From contig DQTK01000016.1 of NCBI GenBank assembly GCA_015662815.1, positions 1 to 59,599 on the forward strand: a stretch of DNA of 59,599 nucleotides, given 5' to 3'. This document shows, in pieces, positions 32,814-43,603 of this stretch. The position numbers and the translations under genes are program-made. The stretch's first letter is position 1; every line of letters starts with the position of its first letter. The stretch is from Aquifex aeolicus. GTDB taxonomy: Bacteria > Aquificota > Aquificia > Aquificales > Aquificaceae. A model generated the notes under the pieces. The model was given only the letters and a program-made list of their open reading frames with translations, was not told where the DNA came from and searched no databases.

Positions 32814-33110
32814 GTTCTCCTCTGGGATTTCCTTGAAGAACTCGTAATCGGTCTTTTTCTCGTATCTATTGGCAACTTCTAAGAATTCTCTTGATTGTTC
32901 CTCCTGACCTAAAGCCTCGTTTATAAGCCCGAGCAGTAGATACTTTTCGTAAGAATCTTCAGCTAAAAATAGCCACTTTGTTGCTTCCAGATACTTGAAT
33001 TCTGTAATATACCTCATACCTATAAATAGAGGGTCTGAAAGACCTTGAAAATCTTTTTTGCGTTGTTTTTTTCCTCGTTTATATATTCCTATCCTAAATT
33101 TCACCCTCAT
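32796..33110 (-). CDS. Hypothetical protein with a TPR-like helix pair
   Basis: 104-aa ORF that fills the gap, divergent from dcd. Confidence 0.75.
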   Translation of the reverse strand: MRVKFRIGIYKRGKKQRKKDFQGLSDPLFIGMRYITEFKYLEATKWLFLAEDSYEKYLLLGLINEALGQEEQSREFLEVANRYEKKTDYEFFKEIPEENLVMKV

Positions 33111-33124
33111 AATATTGAATTAAT

Positions 33125-33661
33125 ATGATTCTATCCGACAGAACCATTAAGGAATTAATAGAAAAAGGAGAACTAATAGTAGAACCCTATGAACCTTCCC
33201 ATGTTCAGTGTTCTTCTTTAGACCTAAGGCTCGGAAATCAAATCGCTATTTATGAAAATGTCGGGTGTATAGACGTAAAAAAGGAACTCAAAGGTGTAAA
33301 AGTAATTGAGTTCGGAGAATACTTTGAAATAAAACCTAAGGAATTTCTTCTTGCGACCACACTGGAGTATATAAAATTGCCAAACTATATTACCGCTTTC
33401 GTGGAAGGAAGGTCATCCCTCGGAAGGCTAGGGCTTTTTATAGAAAATGCAGGGTGGGTAGATGCAGGTTTCGAAGGTCAAATTACCTTAGAACTTTTTA
33501 ATGCAAATAATTGCACAATAAGACTTTATAAAGGAATGCGAATATGCCAGCTCGTATTTGCTAAGTTGGACAAAAAACCGGAAAAGGTGTATTCGGGTAA
33601 GTATAAAGGGCAGAAAGGTGTAGTTCCTTCCCGTATCTACATGGATAAGGATTTGAAATGA
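33125..33661 (+). CDS. dcd: dCTP deaminase
   Basis: MILSD, SLDLRLG, GRSSLGRLG and AGWVDAGFEGQITLE motifs. Confidence 0.96.
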   Translation: MILSDRTIKELIEKGELIVEPYEPSHVQCSSLDLRLGNQIAIYENVGCIDVKKELKGVKVIEFGEYFEIKPKEFLLATTLEYIKLPNYITAFVEGRSSLGRLGLFIENAGWVDAGFEGQITLELFNANNCTIRLYKGMRICQLVFAKLDKKPEKVYSGKYKGQKGVVPSRIYMDKDLK

Positions 33662-34407
33662 TATCCCGGGCTTTATACTACGGAGAGGGTCTTTTTGAAA
33701 CTATAAAGTGGACTGGGAAAAACTACAAATTAACCAAACATTACCAACGTTTAAAACAGTCAGCGGAGTTTTTCGGTTATCCGTATCCCTCGTACGAAGA
33801 GTTTCTCAATAAGATTGTTAAAGCTACCGGCAATAATAGAAATCTGTATGTAAAGTTTTTACTCCTCTATTCGGGAAGTGATTACTATGGTGATTTTCCC
33901 AACTCATATAAAACCGATGTAGTTGTAAAACCTCTTCCGGAAATACCTAAAAGTGTGAAACTATGTATATCCGACATGAGAAGACATTCAAAAAATCCTA
34001 TTTTTTATCATAAAACTACTAATTACCTGTTTAATGTTCTGGTAAAGAGAAAAGCTAAAAAAAGAGGTTTTTTCGACGGGATAGTGTTAAATGAGAAAGA
34101 TTTAATTACCGAAACATCCTCTGCTAATATCTTAATCTACAAAGACGGAAAATTTATTACTCCTGCGCGGGAAAGTGGACTTTTATGGGGAACAACAATA
34201 GATATAATCCAAAAAGATTTAAATATTTCGGAAGAAAAAATTGATTGTAATTTACTTTATTCTGCAGATTACGTTTTCATACTAAACTCTATAGTGGAAA
34301 TTGTTCCTGTGGAAGAAATCGATGGAAAAAACTATAGGGTTGATAATTTATTCCTCGGCGAAATCAAAGAAATAATTGAGAAAAAATCGAATTCTAAAAT
34401 TCGTTAA
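33658..34407 (+). CDS. PLP fold-IV aminotransferase / aminodeoxychorismate lyase-like
   Basis: YGEGLFET, H..RL, HKTTNY, E..SAN and GLL.GT motifs. Confidence 0.85.
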   Translation: MISRALYYGEGLFETIKWTGKNYKLTKHYQRLKQSAEFFGYPYPSYEEFLNKIVKATGNNRNLYVKFLLLYSGSDYYGDFPNSYKTDVVVKPLPEIPKSVKLCISDMRRHSKNPIFYHKTTNYLFNVLVKRKAKKRGFFDGIVLNEKDLITETSSANILIYKDGKFITPARESGLLWGTTIDIIQKDLNISEEKIDCNLLYSADYVFILNSIVEIVPVEEIDGKNYRVDNLFLGEIKEIIEKKSNSKIR

Positions 34408-34452
34408 TTTTTTATTTCCTTTTTCGCTTCCTTTAGATTAGACTTTTTAGAT

Positions 34453-34731
34453 ATGAATAACCTTAATTTGCTTTTCTTAAGTAGTATTATGGCTTGTTCC
34501 GGACCTTTGAAAATTGTAAACATCGAAAAGCCGACGCCCTGTCATTTTGTAAAGGAAATAAAGAGGGAAGGTAATGTAGTTATGGTATATCTGGAAAGGG
34601 AAAGGGGAAAAATCTGTTCTCAGGTGGTAGTAAAGGATAAGATACGAGTAGAAAAGGACGTTGAAAAGGTTAAGATAATGGTTGATAATAGAGTTTGGAA
34701 AGAATATAAGATTATGGAGGGTAGCAAATGA
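34453..34731 (+). CDS. Small hypothetical exported protein (PrcB C-terminal-like)
   Basis: Lipobox-like MAC and KPTPC...ICSQVV pattern. Confidence 0.6.
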   Translation: MNNLNLLFLSSIMACSGPLKIVNIEKPTPCHFVKEIKREGNVVMVYLERERGKICSQVVVKDKIRVEKDVEKVKIMVDNRVWKEYKIMEGSK

Positions 34732-35327
34732 ACATTGAATACAGAGGTGTTGATGTTCACATAAGCGAAGCCATGAAGTCTATGATTGAAAGTAAGCTTA
34801 ATCGTTTTAAAAGGTATCTCAAGGAAGTGGGGGAGGATGAGGTTGAAGCGGTTGTAGCCATATCATCTACCCGTGCAAGGCAAAAAGATTACGGAGGAAG
34901 CAGTGTTCCTACTTTCTACAGAGTAGACTTACATCTTTATTTAAAGAACCTTCCTCACGGAGCAATTCACGCTTGGGAAGAAGATACGAATGTGTTTACG
35001 GCAATCGATAAAGCTCTGGATGAGCTGGAAAAACAGCTGGTAAAACTTAAAGAGAGAAGACACGAATGGATTAGGGAGGCGAGAAAGTTTAAAGAAAAAC
35101 TCCACGAAATGGAGGTTTCTCCTGAAGAAAAGGAGAAACCTGAAATTGTAGAGGAAGAACTCGTAGTTGATAAACCTATAAGTGTGGAAGACGCTAAAGC
35201 TCAGCTTGAAGACCAGCATGCCTACTTTATTCCATTCGTTGATATAGCGGATGGTCAGTTAAAGATTCTCTATAGAAAGAGGGATGGAAATTACGGTTTG
35301 ATATCTACAGGGTGTAAATACCTATGA
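34728..35327 (+). CDS. hpf: Ribosome hibernation promoting factor (long form)
   Basis: S30AE domain ([13 protein letters not shown]) and C-terminal KP.SVEDA...[12 protein letters not shown]. Confidence 0.9.
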   Translation: MNIEYRGVDVHISEAMKSMIESKLNRFKRYLKEVGEDEVEAVVAISSTRARQKDYGGSSVPTFYRVDLHLYLKNLPHGAIHAWEEDTNVFTAIDKALDELEKQLVKLKERRHEWIREARKFKEKLHEMEVSPEEKEKPEIVEEELVVDKPISVEDAKAQLEDQHAYFIPFVDIADGQLKILYRKRDGNYGLISTGCKYL

Positions 35328-36190
35328 CAGGGTTTAAGTTTCTTCAATACAGAAATATAGCCTACGGACTTTCCGCTTTGATTATTCTCGTGAGCCTATT
35401 GGCTTTAATATTTAGAGGGTTAAACTTAGGCCTAGATTTTACAGGAGGAACATTATACGAAGTCAAATTTGAAAAAGAAGTGCAAATTTCTGAGCTTAGG
35501 AAAACTATAAAGGAAAAAGGTATAAAGGGATTCGTCTTGCAAGAAACTAAAGAGGGAACATTCATAGTTAAGGTAAAAGCTGGCGAACAGGTTGAGAAGT
35601 TAGAGGAGATTTTTAAAAAGTTCGGAGAGTACGACCTAATTCGTAAGGAAAAGATAAGCGGAGTTGTAAGTGATGAACTGCGTAGAAAAGCGGTCTTTGC
35701 AATTTTGACCGCTCTCGCAGGAATACTGATTTATTTGGGTATGAGGTTTCAACCTATATGGGGGTTGGGAGCAATTCTCGCCCTTACCCACGACGTTCTT
35801 GCAGTTCTGGGAGCCTATTCCATTACCTATAGAGAAGTGAATCTTGAAGTGGTATCCGCAATTCTTATAGTAGCTGGTTATTCCGTTGCGGATACTGTAG
35901 TCATCTTTGACAGGATAAGAGAGAACTTGAGGAAGAAAAAGGGATTCTCCTTAGAGGAGATAGTGAATATATCGATAAATCAAACCCTTTCAAGAACTAT
36001 AATTACATCTCTTACCACTTTGGTTACGGCATTAACGTTGTTTATTTTAGGCGGTTACGGGCTTTCCAATATAATGTTTGCCTTTGTTGTTGGTGTGATT
36101 GTGGGAACTTATTCGTCCGTATTTGTAGCTTCCGCTTCCGTTCTGGATATAGTTAAACTGTTTAAAAGGAAAGAGGTGATTACAACTTGA
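35324..36190 (+). CDS. secF: Protein translocase subunit SecF
   Basis: [27 protein letters not shown] and GTYSS motifs. Confidence 0.95.
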   Translation: MTGFKFLQYRNIAYGLSALIILVSLLALIFRGLNLGLDFTGGTLYEVKFEKEVQISELRKTIKEKGIKGFVLQETKEGTFIVKVKAGEQVEKLEEIFKKFGEYDLIRKEKISGVVSDELRRKAVFAILTALAGILIYLGMRFQPIWGLGAILALTHDVLAVLGAYSITYREVNLEVVSAILIVAGYSVADTVVIFDRIRENLRKKKGFSLEEIVNISINQTLSRTIITSLTTLVTALTLFILGGYGLSNIMFAFVVGVIVGTYSSVFVASASVLDIVKLFKRKEVITT

Positions 36191-36963
36191 ACGAGTATTT
36201 TTTATACCTCGTGCTGTTTTTCCTCGGAACAGTTTTAGGGAGTTTTTACAATGTCCTAATATATAGGCTCCCCCGTAATATTTCTATAATCTTTCCTTCC
36301 TCCCACTGTCCTCATTGCAAGAAGCCTATAAAGTGGTATGACAATATACCTCTTATCTCCTATTTAGTTTTAAAGGGAAAGTGTAGATACTGCGGTGAGA
36401 AGATATCTATACGTTATCCTCTTGTGGAGATTACATCCGGACTTTTGGCAGTCCTCTCTTATTACAAGTGGGGATTTAGTATAGATGGAGTAGTCTACTA
36501 CTTCTTTTTTTCCACCCTTCTGGTTATGTCATTAATAGACTGGTTTTACTTTATAATTCCTCCTCAGATAAATATCGGTGGATTAATACTTTCCCTTTTA
36601 GTTGCACCTCTCAGGGAAGCAATAACTGTAAAAGAAAGTCTTACAGGAGCTATTGTAGGACTTGGAATACCCCTATTGATATACCTCTATTACGTCAAGG
36701 TGAGAAAGATTGAAGGTATAGGCTTGGGAGATGTAATACTTCTCGGATTTATAGGCGGAGTTTCGGGCATCTATGGAGTTTTTGCTGCACTTTCCTTAGG
36801 GAGTTTTTTCGGACTCATCTATGTGATTCCTTTAATAATCAAACATAGAAGTTTCAATTTTGTCATTCCCTTCGGTCCTTTTTTGTCTTTAGGTGCTTTT
36901 ACTGGCATTATTTTCAAGGAACAGATAATAAAAATTTTCGAGTATTATTATTTCGTTATATAA
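36187..36963 (+). CDS. pilD: Prepilin peptidase (A24A)
   Basis: GSFYNV, CPHC/CRYC, ID, G.GD and PFGPF motifs. Confidence 0.93.
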   Translation: MNEYFLYLVLFFLGTVLGSFYNVLIYRLPRNISIIFPSSHCPHCKKPIKWYDNIPLISYLVLKGKCRYCGEKISIRYPLVEITSGLLAVLSYYKWGFSIDGVVYYFFFSTLLVMSLIDWFYFIIPPQINIGGLILSLLVAPLREAITVKESLTGAIVGLGIPLLIYLYYVKVRKIEGIGLGDVILLGFIGGVSGIYGVFAALSLGSFFGLIYVIPLIIKHRSFNFVIPFGPFLSLGAFTGIIFKEQIIKIFEYYYFVI

Positions 36964-37001
36964 TAACATAATAAATATTAACTAACTGAGAGGTGGAAAA
37001 A

Positions 37002-37472
37002 ATGGTGAAAAGGTATTTAATTGGAGCTTTTACTTTCTTGAGCTTTATAGGGTTTTCTCAAGCGATTGATGAGGCTTTGGCGAAAAAGTATAACGCAATA
37101 TTCGGTCAAATGACTCAGGAAACATTAGCAAAGTCCCCTTACAGAGTAACTCCGAAGCAGGTTATCAATATGATTAAAAAGGGTGAGGATATAGTTCTGT
37201 TGGATATAAGAACGGAAGCTGAACAGTCCATTGTGGGACTTACTTATAAGAATAGTTTTCACATACCTATGGATAAACTCTTTAAACCCGAAAACCTTTC
37301 AAAAATTCCCAAAGATAAGAAAGTCATTGTTGTCTGTCACTCAGGAGTAAGGGCTATAGTAGCGACGTTTGCATTGAGAAGCTTGGGATTCAAAAATGTA
37401 TACGCTTTGAAAGGTGGTATTGCAAAGCTTGCGCATTACGTAACACCTAAAACCACATTAGGTATAAAGTAG
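37002..37472 (+). CDS. Exported single-domain rhodanese
   Basis: Signal peptide, LDIR..E, CHSGVRA active site and LKGG. ATG 37002 has a GAGG SD; GTG 36993 is an alternative. Confidence 0.85.
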   Translation: MVKRYLIGAFTFLSFIGFSQAIDEALAKKYNAIFGQMTQETLAKSPYRVTPKQVINMIKKGEDIVLLDIRTEAEQSIVGLTYKNSFHIPMDKLFKPENLSKIPKDKKVIVVCHSGVRAIVATFALRSLGFKNVYALKGGIAKLAHYVTPKTTLGIK

Positions 37473-38414
37473 TTCTCTGTCTCTTTCCATCACTTCTTCT
37501 ATTCTTTTTATTAAGTCAGTACAGTCCTGAGCCCTTACTATATAACTTTTTAATTCTCTTGCTTTAGGCAGTCCCTTCAGAATTTGAACAATTTGAGATT
37601 TTATTTCTGCACAAGCCTTTTCTCCGGACATATACTCGGTCATCATAGAAAGTTCTTTGAGGATAAATTCCATTCTTTCCTTCAGACCCACTTTTATATC
37701 CCTTTTCTCCTTAAATTCCTTAAAAATCCATGGATTAGAGAGGGCAGTCCTTCCTATCATCACACCGTCACAATCCGTCTCTTCAAACATAGCCTCTATA
37801 TCTCTCCAGTTCTTTACATCTCCGCTACCTATTATGGGAACACTTGCGACTTTTTTCGCATCTTTTATTCTATGCCATAAAGCTTTTCCGCTAAACCCTT
37901 GCTTCGCGGTTCTTGCATGAATGGCTATAAGAGAAACACCGCCTTTTTGCAGTTCCTCAACAATTTCTTCTACATGGTCTTCTTCAAATCCGAGTCTTAT
38001 TTTGGCAGATACCGGAATATCGTATGGCCTAAGAGCTTCTACCGTCTCTCTGACTACTTCCCCCATAAGCGGAGGACACTTTAGCATATATCCTGCAGCC
38101 TTATTTCTAAGTACTTTGGGAACACTGCAACCGAAGTTTATATCTATAAAGTCGGGTTTTAGCTGTTCTGCTACCACTTGGCTCGCTTTTGCTATTTCCT
38201 CAGGATGGGAACCAAATATTTGTATGTGAATTGGGCATTCTTCTTCTGTAAAGTAGGCGTACTTTATAGGAATCCCCTTTCTCAGAATCCCAGCTACACT
38301 GATTAACTCTGTATAGGTTCTGTCGGCTCCTAATGCTCTGCACAGTCTACGAAAGGCAGAGTGAGTGTAAGATGCCATAGGGGCGAGTATTACTTCTCCT
38401 TTTCTAAATTTCAT
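37458..38414 (-). CDS. dus: tRNA-dihydrouridine synthase (DusB-like)
   Basis: LAPM, Q.FG, DINFGC, KIRLG, HART and GD...DGVMIGR motifs. Confidence 0.93.
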   Translation of the reverse strand: MKFRKGEVILAPMASYTHSAFRRLCRALGADRTYTELISVAGILRKGIPIKYAYFTEEECPIHIQIFGSHPEEIAKASQVVAEQLKPDFIDINFGCSVPKVLRNKAAGYMLKCPPLMGEVVRETVEALRPYDIPVSAKIRLGFEEDHVEEIVEELQKGGVSLIAIHARTAKQGFSGKALWHRIKDAKKVASVPIIGSGDVKNWRDIEAMFEETDCDGVMIGRTALSNPWIFKEFKEKRDIKVGLKERMEFILKELSMMTEYMSGEKACAEIKSQIVQILKGLPKARELKSYIVRAQDCTDLIKRIEEVMERDRELLYT

Positions 38415-38435
38415 AATGTTTAATAAATATTCCTA

Positions 38436-38636
38436 TTATTCGTAAAAATCAAAATACCTTCTGAGTAATTCTTCCTGTTTCTTCCTTGCTTTTCTCCATT
38501 TGTAATAAACATAACCTATAAACAATAGAACAATCAGAAGAACTACGGGAATTAAGGTAATTCCCACTATAAGAGCAATGGCAAGTAAAAATCCCAAAAC
38601 AAAACCACTTAAAAATGATAGAAAACACTGCATCAT
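38436..38636 (-). CDS. Small membrane protein
   Basis: Long hydrophobic segment followed by a basic tail; fills the gap. Confidence 0.65.
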   Translation of the reverse strand: MMQCFLSFLSGFVLGFLLAIALIVGITLIPVVLLIVLLFIGYVYYKWRKARKKQEELLRRYFDFYE

Positions 38637-38654
38637 AATTTTATTATTTATAGT

Positions 38655-39338
38655 GTGGGAGATAAAAACTTTAAACCCATTTATGAAATCTTACAAGAAA
38701 ACTATAAAAGGGAAAGCGAGGGAACAAATGTAGACTTTGAAGAAATTATGAAAAAGTTTTTGGCTGACAAGGTAGTTCTTCAAAAAAAGGTTCAAGAGGC
38801 AAAGGAACGTATAAAAGAGCTCGAAGAACAAATAAAAGTTCTCAAAAAAGAAAACCAAGCTAAGGAACTCATGATAAAGGAGTTGCAAGGGCAGATAGAA
38901 CTACTGAGGGAACAAAAACAGTTTGAGTTAAAACTTAAAGAGCTTCTGAAAGAACACATAGATAATAATTTGGAAATATTTACTGAGAAGCTTTACAAGT
39001 TCCTAGAAGAAGCCCTTTTAGAATTTACTTATGCAATTCCACAAGGAAGAATTATGAAAGAAGATTTAAAGAAAATGCTCGAAGAGCTTGTAAGCTTCAG
39101 GGAAAATCTCAAAATATACATAAATCCGGAAGATTTGAAGTTTCTTATTGACGACATAAAAATGCTTAAAGAAGGTCTTAAGGTTGAAGGGATTAATTTG
39201 CAGGTTTTTGAAGACGAAAGCATAGAGAGAGGGGCTTTCAAGATAAAGGGAGAGCATTTTACTGTGGAAAGAAATCCTAAGGATTTTGCAAGATTGGTAT
39301 TTGAAAAGGTATTTGGTAATGTCTTTAAGGGGCATTAG
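38655..39338 (+). CDS. fliH: Flagellar assembly protein FliH
   Basis: Coiled coil followed by IYINPED...D.SI.RG; directly upstream of fliI. Confidence 0.75.
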   Translation: MGDKNFKPIYEILQENYKRESEGTNVDFEEIMKKFLADKVVLQKKVQEAKERIKELEEQIKVLKKENQAKELMIKELQGQIELLREQKQFELKLKELLKEHIDNNLEIFTEKLYKFLEEALLEFTYAIPQGRIMKEDLKKMLEELVSFRENLKIYINPEDLKFLIDDIKMLKEGLKVEGINLQVFEDESIERGAFKIKGEHFTVERNPKDFARLVFEKVFGNVFKGH

Positions 39339-40596
39339 TATAACCGGCCAAGTTCTTACAGCCAAAGGTATATTCTTAGAAGCTATACTTCCCTTTGCAA
39401 ATATAGGAAACGAAGTAGAAATATTGACGGGTAGCAAAAGAATAAAAGGGGAAGTAGTGGGTTTTAGCGGAAACCACATCTTGATAATGCCTTACGGAAA
39501 TCTCGGAGGAATAAAAAAAGGGGCTAAAGTTATTCTGAAAAGAGACCTAGTATCTACCTACGTAGGGGAAGACCTCATCGGAAAAGTAGTAGACCCTTTT
39601 GGCAATCCTCTCGACGGAAAGCCTCAAAAATACCTTAAAGAAAGACAGCTTGAACTTCCCGAAATAAATCCGCTATATAGGGAAAGAATCAGGAAAGTGT
39701 TAGATACGGGAGTGAGGAGTATAAACGCACTTTTTACTGTAGGTGTAGGGCAAAAAATAGGTATATTTGCCGGTGCAGGAGTAGGGAAAAGTACACTTCT
39801 CGGTATGATAACGAGGCACTCTAAAGCCGATGTAGTAGTTCTGGCATTAATAGGAGAAAGGGGAAGGGAAGTAAAGGAATTTATAGAAGATGTACTGGGA
39901 GAGGAGGGGCTAAGAAAGAGCGTTGTAGTAGTTTCTACTGCAGACCAATCTCCTATTCTTAAGGTAAAAGGAGCTATAAGTGCTATAGTTCATGCCCATT
40001 ACTTCGCCGAGAGAGGAAAAAATGTACTACTTTTAATGGATTCTATAACGAGATTGGCACTTGCTCAGAGGGAAATAGGACTTGCGGTAGGAGAACCACC
40101 CACATTAAAAGGATTCACCCCTTCTGTGTTTCAATTGATGGCAAAGATTACCGAGAGTTGCGGAGTATTCAGAAATGGAAGTATCACGGGAATATTCAGC
40201 GTTCTTGTTGAAGGTGATGAAATATCTTTAGACCCCGTTGCCGATTCCCTCATGGGTGTTTTAGATGGTCATATAATTCTTTCAAGGAATAGAGCCAACA
40301 GGGGTATATTCCCGGCAATAGACCCTGTAAAGAGTCTCTCTCGCCTCATGCCCAAACTTGTAAGTGAAGAGCACATGAATATGGCTAACCATGTAAAAGA
40401 AGTTTTAAGTAAGTTTGAAGATGTAGAGGAGCTAGTGAGAATTGGCCTTTATAAGGAAGGTTCTAACCCTGTGGTTGATAAAGTTATAAAAAATCTTGGA
40501 AAGGTGGAAGGGTTTTTCAAACAAAAACCTGAAGAGAAAGTTGATTTTAACAAAAGTCTAGATGATTTAAGGAACCTATATCAATTACTCAAGTAA
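39319..40596 (+). CDS. fliI: Flagellar export ATPase FliI
   Basis: AGAGVGKST, GERGRE, DSITR.A.AQREI, GEPP and DGHI motifs. Confidence 0.93.
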   Translation: MSLRGISITGQVLTAKGIFLEAILPFANIGNEVEILTGSKRIKGEVVGFSGNHILIMPYGNLGGIKKGAKVILKRDLVSTYVGEDLIGKVVDPFGNPLDGKPQKYLKERQLELPEINPLYRERIRKVLDTGVRSINALFTVGVGQKIGIFAGAGVGKSTLLGMITRHSKADVVVLALIGERGREVKEFIEDVLGEEGLRKSVVVVSTADQSPILKVKGAISAIVHAHYFAERGKNVLLLMDSITRLALAQREIGLAVGEPPTLKGFTPSVFQLMAKITESCGVFRNGSITGIFSVLVEGDEISLDPVADSLMGVLDGHIILSRNRANRGIFPAIDPVKSLSRLMPKLVSEEHMNMANHVKEVLSKFEDVEELVRIGLYKEGSNPVVDKVIKNLGKVEGFFKQKPEEKVDFNKSLDDLRNLYQLLK

Positions 40597-40896
40597 AGAT
40601 TCGAAAATACCTATAATTTTCAGCTTACAAGGAACGGGAGCCTTAATAAATGAACTAAGAGCTTTGTTTAGCTTTTCCACGTTATCCGGATTAGATTTGT
40701 AGATTTCGTAAAGTCTTTCGTAAAAATCTTCTATTCCCTGAATTAACTTTGAATTCTTAAGCTCGTCGGGAGATTTTCCCTCGTGATATTTTCTCAAGAC
40801 TTTGATACTTTTTGATATTAAATCGTCTCTAACTTGTCCCCACTTTAAATCTGTAAATTTCAACACTATTTCTAAAAAAGCGTTAAACTGATTCAT
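40585..40896 (-). CDS. Hypothetical protein
   Basis: ORF fills the gap; start chosen at MNQFN. Confidence 0.7.
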   Translation of the reverse strand: MNQFNAFLEIVLKFTDLKWGQVRDDLISKSIKVLRKYHEGKSPDELKNSKLIQGIEDFYERLYEIYKSNPDNVEKLNKALSSFIKAPVPCKLKIIGIFESLLE

Positions 40897-40940
40897 TTTC
40901 AAAATAATTTTATAAAAATTTCGTTTTAACATACATAACT

Positions 40941-41717
40941 ATGGAACATAGCCACAAGGATATTTACGTGATTCAAAATGTCCATTTGGCGTTGGATATT
41001 CTATTTCTCCTCGAAAAAAAACCCCATACAGTTGAAAAGCTACAAGAAGAACTCCGAATAAGTAAATCGAAGCTTCAGAAACTCCTAAACTTTCTCCATG
41101 AAAAGGAATGGATTTCCTACGATGGGGAGAACAAACTTTACAGACTTGGTATTAAGAATTTTGAACTCGGTATGGCTTATCTAAACCATCTTGACATAAA
41201 AAAGGTTTCAAAACCTATACTTGATGAAATAGCAAAAAAGGTAAAGGAGAATGTATACCTCACAACCCGTGTAGCTTATGAAGTTCTTTATATAGAAAGA
41301 AGTGAAGTTGACAGAAATGTAAAAATTTTATCGAGATACGGAAGAGTTCTGCCCCTTTACGCTTCTGCATCCGGGAAAATATACTTAGCTCACTTTGACA
41401 AAAGAGAACTCGAAGATTACTTCAGAACAATTAAGTGGGTTAAACATACGCAGAATACCAAAACACCGGCTGAGCTAATGGGTAGACTACCGAAAATAAA
41501 GGAAGAAGGATACGCTACAAACCTAGAAGAGTATGAAGAAGAAGTTGTAAGCTCTGCTGTCCCGGTGCACGATTACGCCGGAAATGTGAAATATACTATT
41601 ACGGTGGTGGCACCTTCCTACAGAATGAAAAAGGAAGATCTACTTAGCTGGGTCAAAGATATCTTAAAAGAGGGTGCTCTTAAGCTCTCCGAGAAGCTGG
41701 GACGGATAAGAAAATAA
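40941..41717 (+). CDS. IclR-family transcriptional regulator
   Basis: N-terminal HTH with YRLG, G..LPLYASASGK, and GYA...EE. Confidence 0.92.
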   Translation: MEHSHKDIYVIQNVHLALDILFLLEKKPHTVEKLQEELRISKSKLQKLLNFLHEKEWISYDGENKLYRLGIKNFELGMAYLNHLDIKKVSKPILDEIAKKVKENVYLTTRVAYEVLYIERSEVDRNVKILSRYGRVLPLYASASGKIYLAHFDKRELEDYFRTIKWVKHTQNTKTPAELMGRLPKIKEEGYATNLEEYEEEVVSSAVPVHDYAGNVKYTITVVAPSYRMKKEDLLSWVKDILKEGALKLSEKLGRIRK

Positions 41718-41785
41718 TTGAAAATTTTCCGAAAATCCTAAATTTATTTTATTAGATAATCTTAGTATAATGTTCGGAGGTTTTA

Positions 41786-42700
41786 TTGGCTATGAAAGTG
41801 GGGTATGTTGCTATAGTCGGTAAGCCTAACGTAGGGAAATCTACACTCCTTAACAACATACTGGGTACTAAGGTATCCATTATCTCCCCAAAAGCCGGTA
41901 CTACAAGAATGAGAATACTAGGAGTCAAAAATATACCCGATGAAGCCCAAATAATTTTTCTGGATACACCGGGAATATACGAACCTAAAAAGTCCGACGT
42001 TCTAGGTCATTCGATGGTTGAAATTGCAAAGCAATCCTTAGAGGAATCAGATGTTATTCTCTTTATGATAGACGCTACCGAAGGGTGGAGACCCAGAGAT
42101 GAGGAAATATATCAGAATTTTATTAAACCTTTAAATAAACCGGTGATAGTCGTTATCAATAAAATCGACAAAATAGGACCCGCTAAGAATGTTCTACCTC
42201 TGATTGAGGAGATTCACAAAAGACATAATGAACTAACGGAAATAGTACCGATAAGTGCTCTCAAGGGGGCAAATTTGGAAGAGCTTCTCAGGGCTATCCT
42301 TAAATACTTACCTGAGGGAGAACCCTTATTTCCCGAAGACATGATTACCGATTTACCCTTGAGATTGCTTGCTGCGGAGATAGTAAGAGAAAAAGCAATG
42401 ATGCTCACGAGGGAAGAAGTACCTACTTCCATTGCTGTGAAAATAAATGAAATAAAACCCGGAGATGCAAATCCCAATATGCTTGTAATAAGAGGAGAAC
42501 TTATAGTGGATAGGGAGAACCTAAAACCTATAATTATCGGAAAAAAAGGTCAAAGGCTTAAAGAAATAGGAAAAAGAGCTCGGGAGGAGCTGGAACTAGT
42601 TTTAGGTAGGCCGGTTTACCTAGAACTGTGGGTAAAGGTAGTTCCCGATTGGCGCAGACGTCCCGAATATGTAAAGCTATTCGGATATACCTTTATTTAA
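41786..42700 (+). CDS. era: GTPase Era
   Basis: GKPNVGKST, TTR, DTPG, NKID and KH-domain IIGKKG; TATAAT and GGAGG upstream. Confidence 0.97.
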   Translation: MAMKVGYVAIVGKPNVGKSTLLNNILGTKVSIISPKAGTTRMRILGVKNIPDEAQIIFLDTPGIYEPKKSDVLGHSMVEIAKQSLEESDVILFMIDATEGWRPRDEEIYQNFIKPLNKPVIVVINKIDKIGPAKNVLPLIEEIHKRHNELTEIVPISALKGANLEELLRAILKYLPEGEPLFPEDMITDLPLRLLAAEIVREKAMMLTREEVPTSIAVKINEIKPGDANPNMLVIRGELIVDRENLKPIIIGKKGQRLKEIGKRAREELELVLGRPVYLELWVKVVPDWRRRPEYVKLFGYTFI

Positions 42701-42712
42701 GGAGGTAGGAAA

Positions 42713-43600
42713 ATGGGTTGGATGTTGAGAACTGTAGTGTTATTAGGATTCCTTACAGGTCTTCTTATGGCTATAGGTGGAATAATAGGTGGAACTGTGG
42801 GAATGTTAATTGCCTTAGTAATTGCTGGATTTATGAACTTCATAAGTTATTGGTTTTCCGATAAAATAGTTCTCTCTATGTACGGAGCAAGGGAGATATC
42901 CTATGAAGAAGCTCCTTGGCTTCACGAAATGGTAGAAGAACTTGCAAGGAGAGCAAACATGCCTAAACCTCCTATATACCTCGTTCCTATGGAGCAACCT
43001 AACGCTTTTGCAACCGGAAGGGGTCCGGGTCATGCAGCTGTAGCCGTTACCAGAGGGATTCTCGAGATATTGGAACCTGAAGAGCTCAAGGGTGTTTTAG
43101 CCCATGAACTTGCCCACATTAAGAATAGAGATGTTCTCGTAGCTACTATTTCAGCTACAATCGCAGGAGCAATAAGCTTCCTTGCTAATATGGCACAATG
43201 GGCTCTATTTTTCGGGGGAATGCAAAATAACGAAGAGGAAGGAGGAGAAGGCGGTGGTATTGCAGAAATGATAGGAGCAATTCTTATGATCATCATAGTT
43301 CCGATAATTGCGACTATAGTCCAGCTTGCCATATCCAGAGCGAGAGAGTACCTTGCAGACGAAACAGGAGCAAAAATATGCGGATGCCCTGTTGCGTTAG
43401 CAAGAGCTTTAAAGAAAATAGAGGAATACGTAATGCAGATACCAACTAATGTAAATCCCGGGACAGCACACCTATTTATAGAGAATCCCCTCAAGGGTGG
43501 GGGAATTATGGAACTTTTATCCACTCACCCATCTACAGAAAAGAGAATAGAAAGACTCTGTGAGCTCGCAAGGAAGATGGGTCAAGACTGTATAATTTAA
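42713..43600 (+). CDS. htpX: Zinc metalloprotease HtpX (M48)
   Basis: PNAFATG, HELAH, SRAREYLAD and STHP motifs. Confidence 0.96.
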   Translation: MGWMLRTVVLLGFLTGLLMAIGGIIGGTVGMLIALVIAGFMNFISYWFSDKIVLSMYGAREISYEEAPWLHEMVEELARRANMPKPPIYLVPMEQPNAFATGRGPGHAAVAVTRGILEILEPEELKGVLAHELAHIKNRDVLVATISATIAGAISFLANMAQWALFFGGMQNNEEEGGEGGGIAEMIGAILMIIIVPIIATIVQLAISRAREYLADETGAKICGCPVALARALKKIEEYVMQIPTNVNPGTAHLFIENPLKGGGIMELLSTHPSTEKRIERLCELARKMGQDCII

Positions 43601-43603
43601 TGA

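Noticed and set aside
38655-40596. Injectisome (T3SS) or F1-type ATPase
   Set aside because: The FliH-like partner and the Aquificaceae context favour flagellar export; no sct genes are present.
40908-40917. TTTTATAAAA palindrome as the IclR operator
   Set aside because: A pure A/T 10-mer is expected by chance in AT-rich spacers and overlaps a probable -10 element.
43030-43524. 164-aa antisense ORF, and the similar shadow ORFs inside gyrB, leuA, lysS, ubiD, lpxI, accD and others
   Set aside because: They lie wholly opposite conserved genes, are Ser/Phe/Ile-rich as expected from the reverse of purine-rich codons, and show no motifs.
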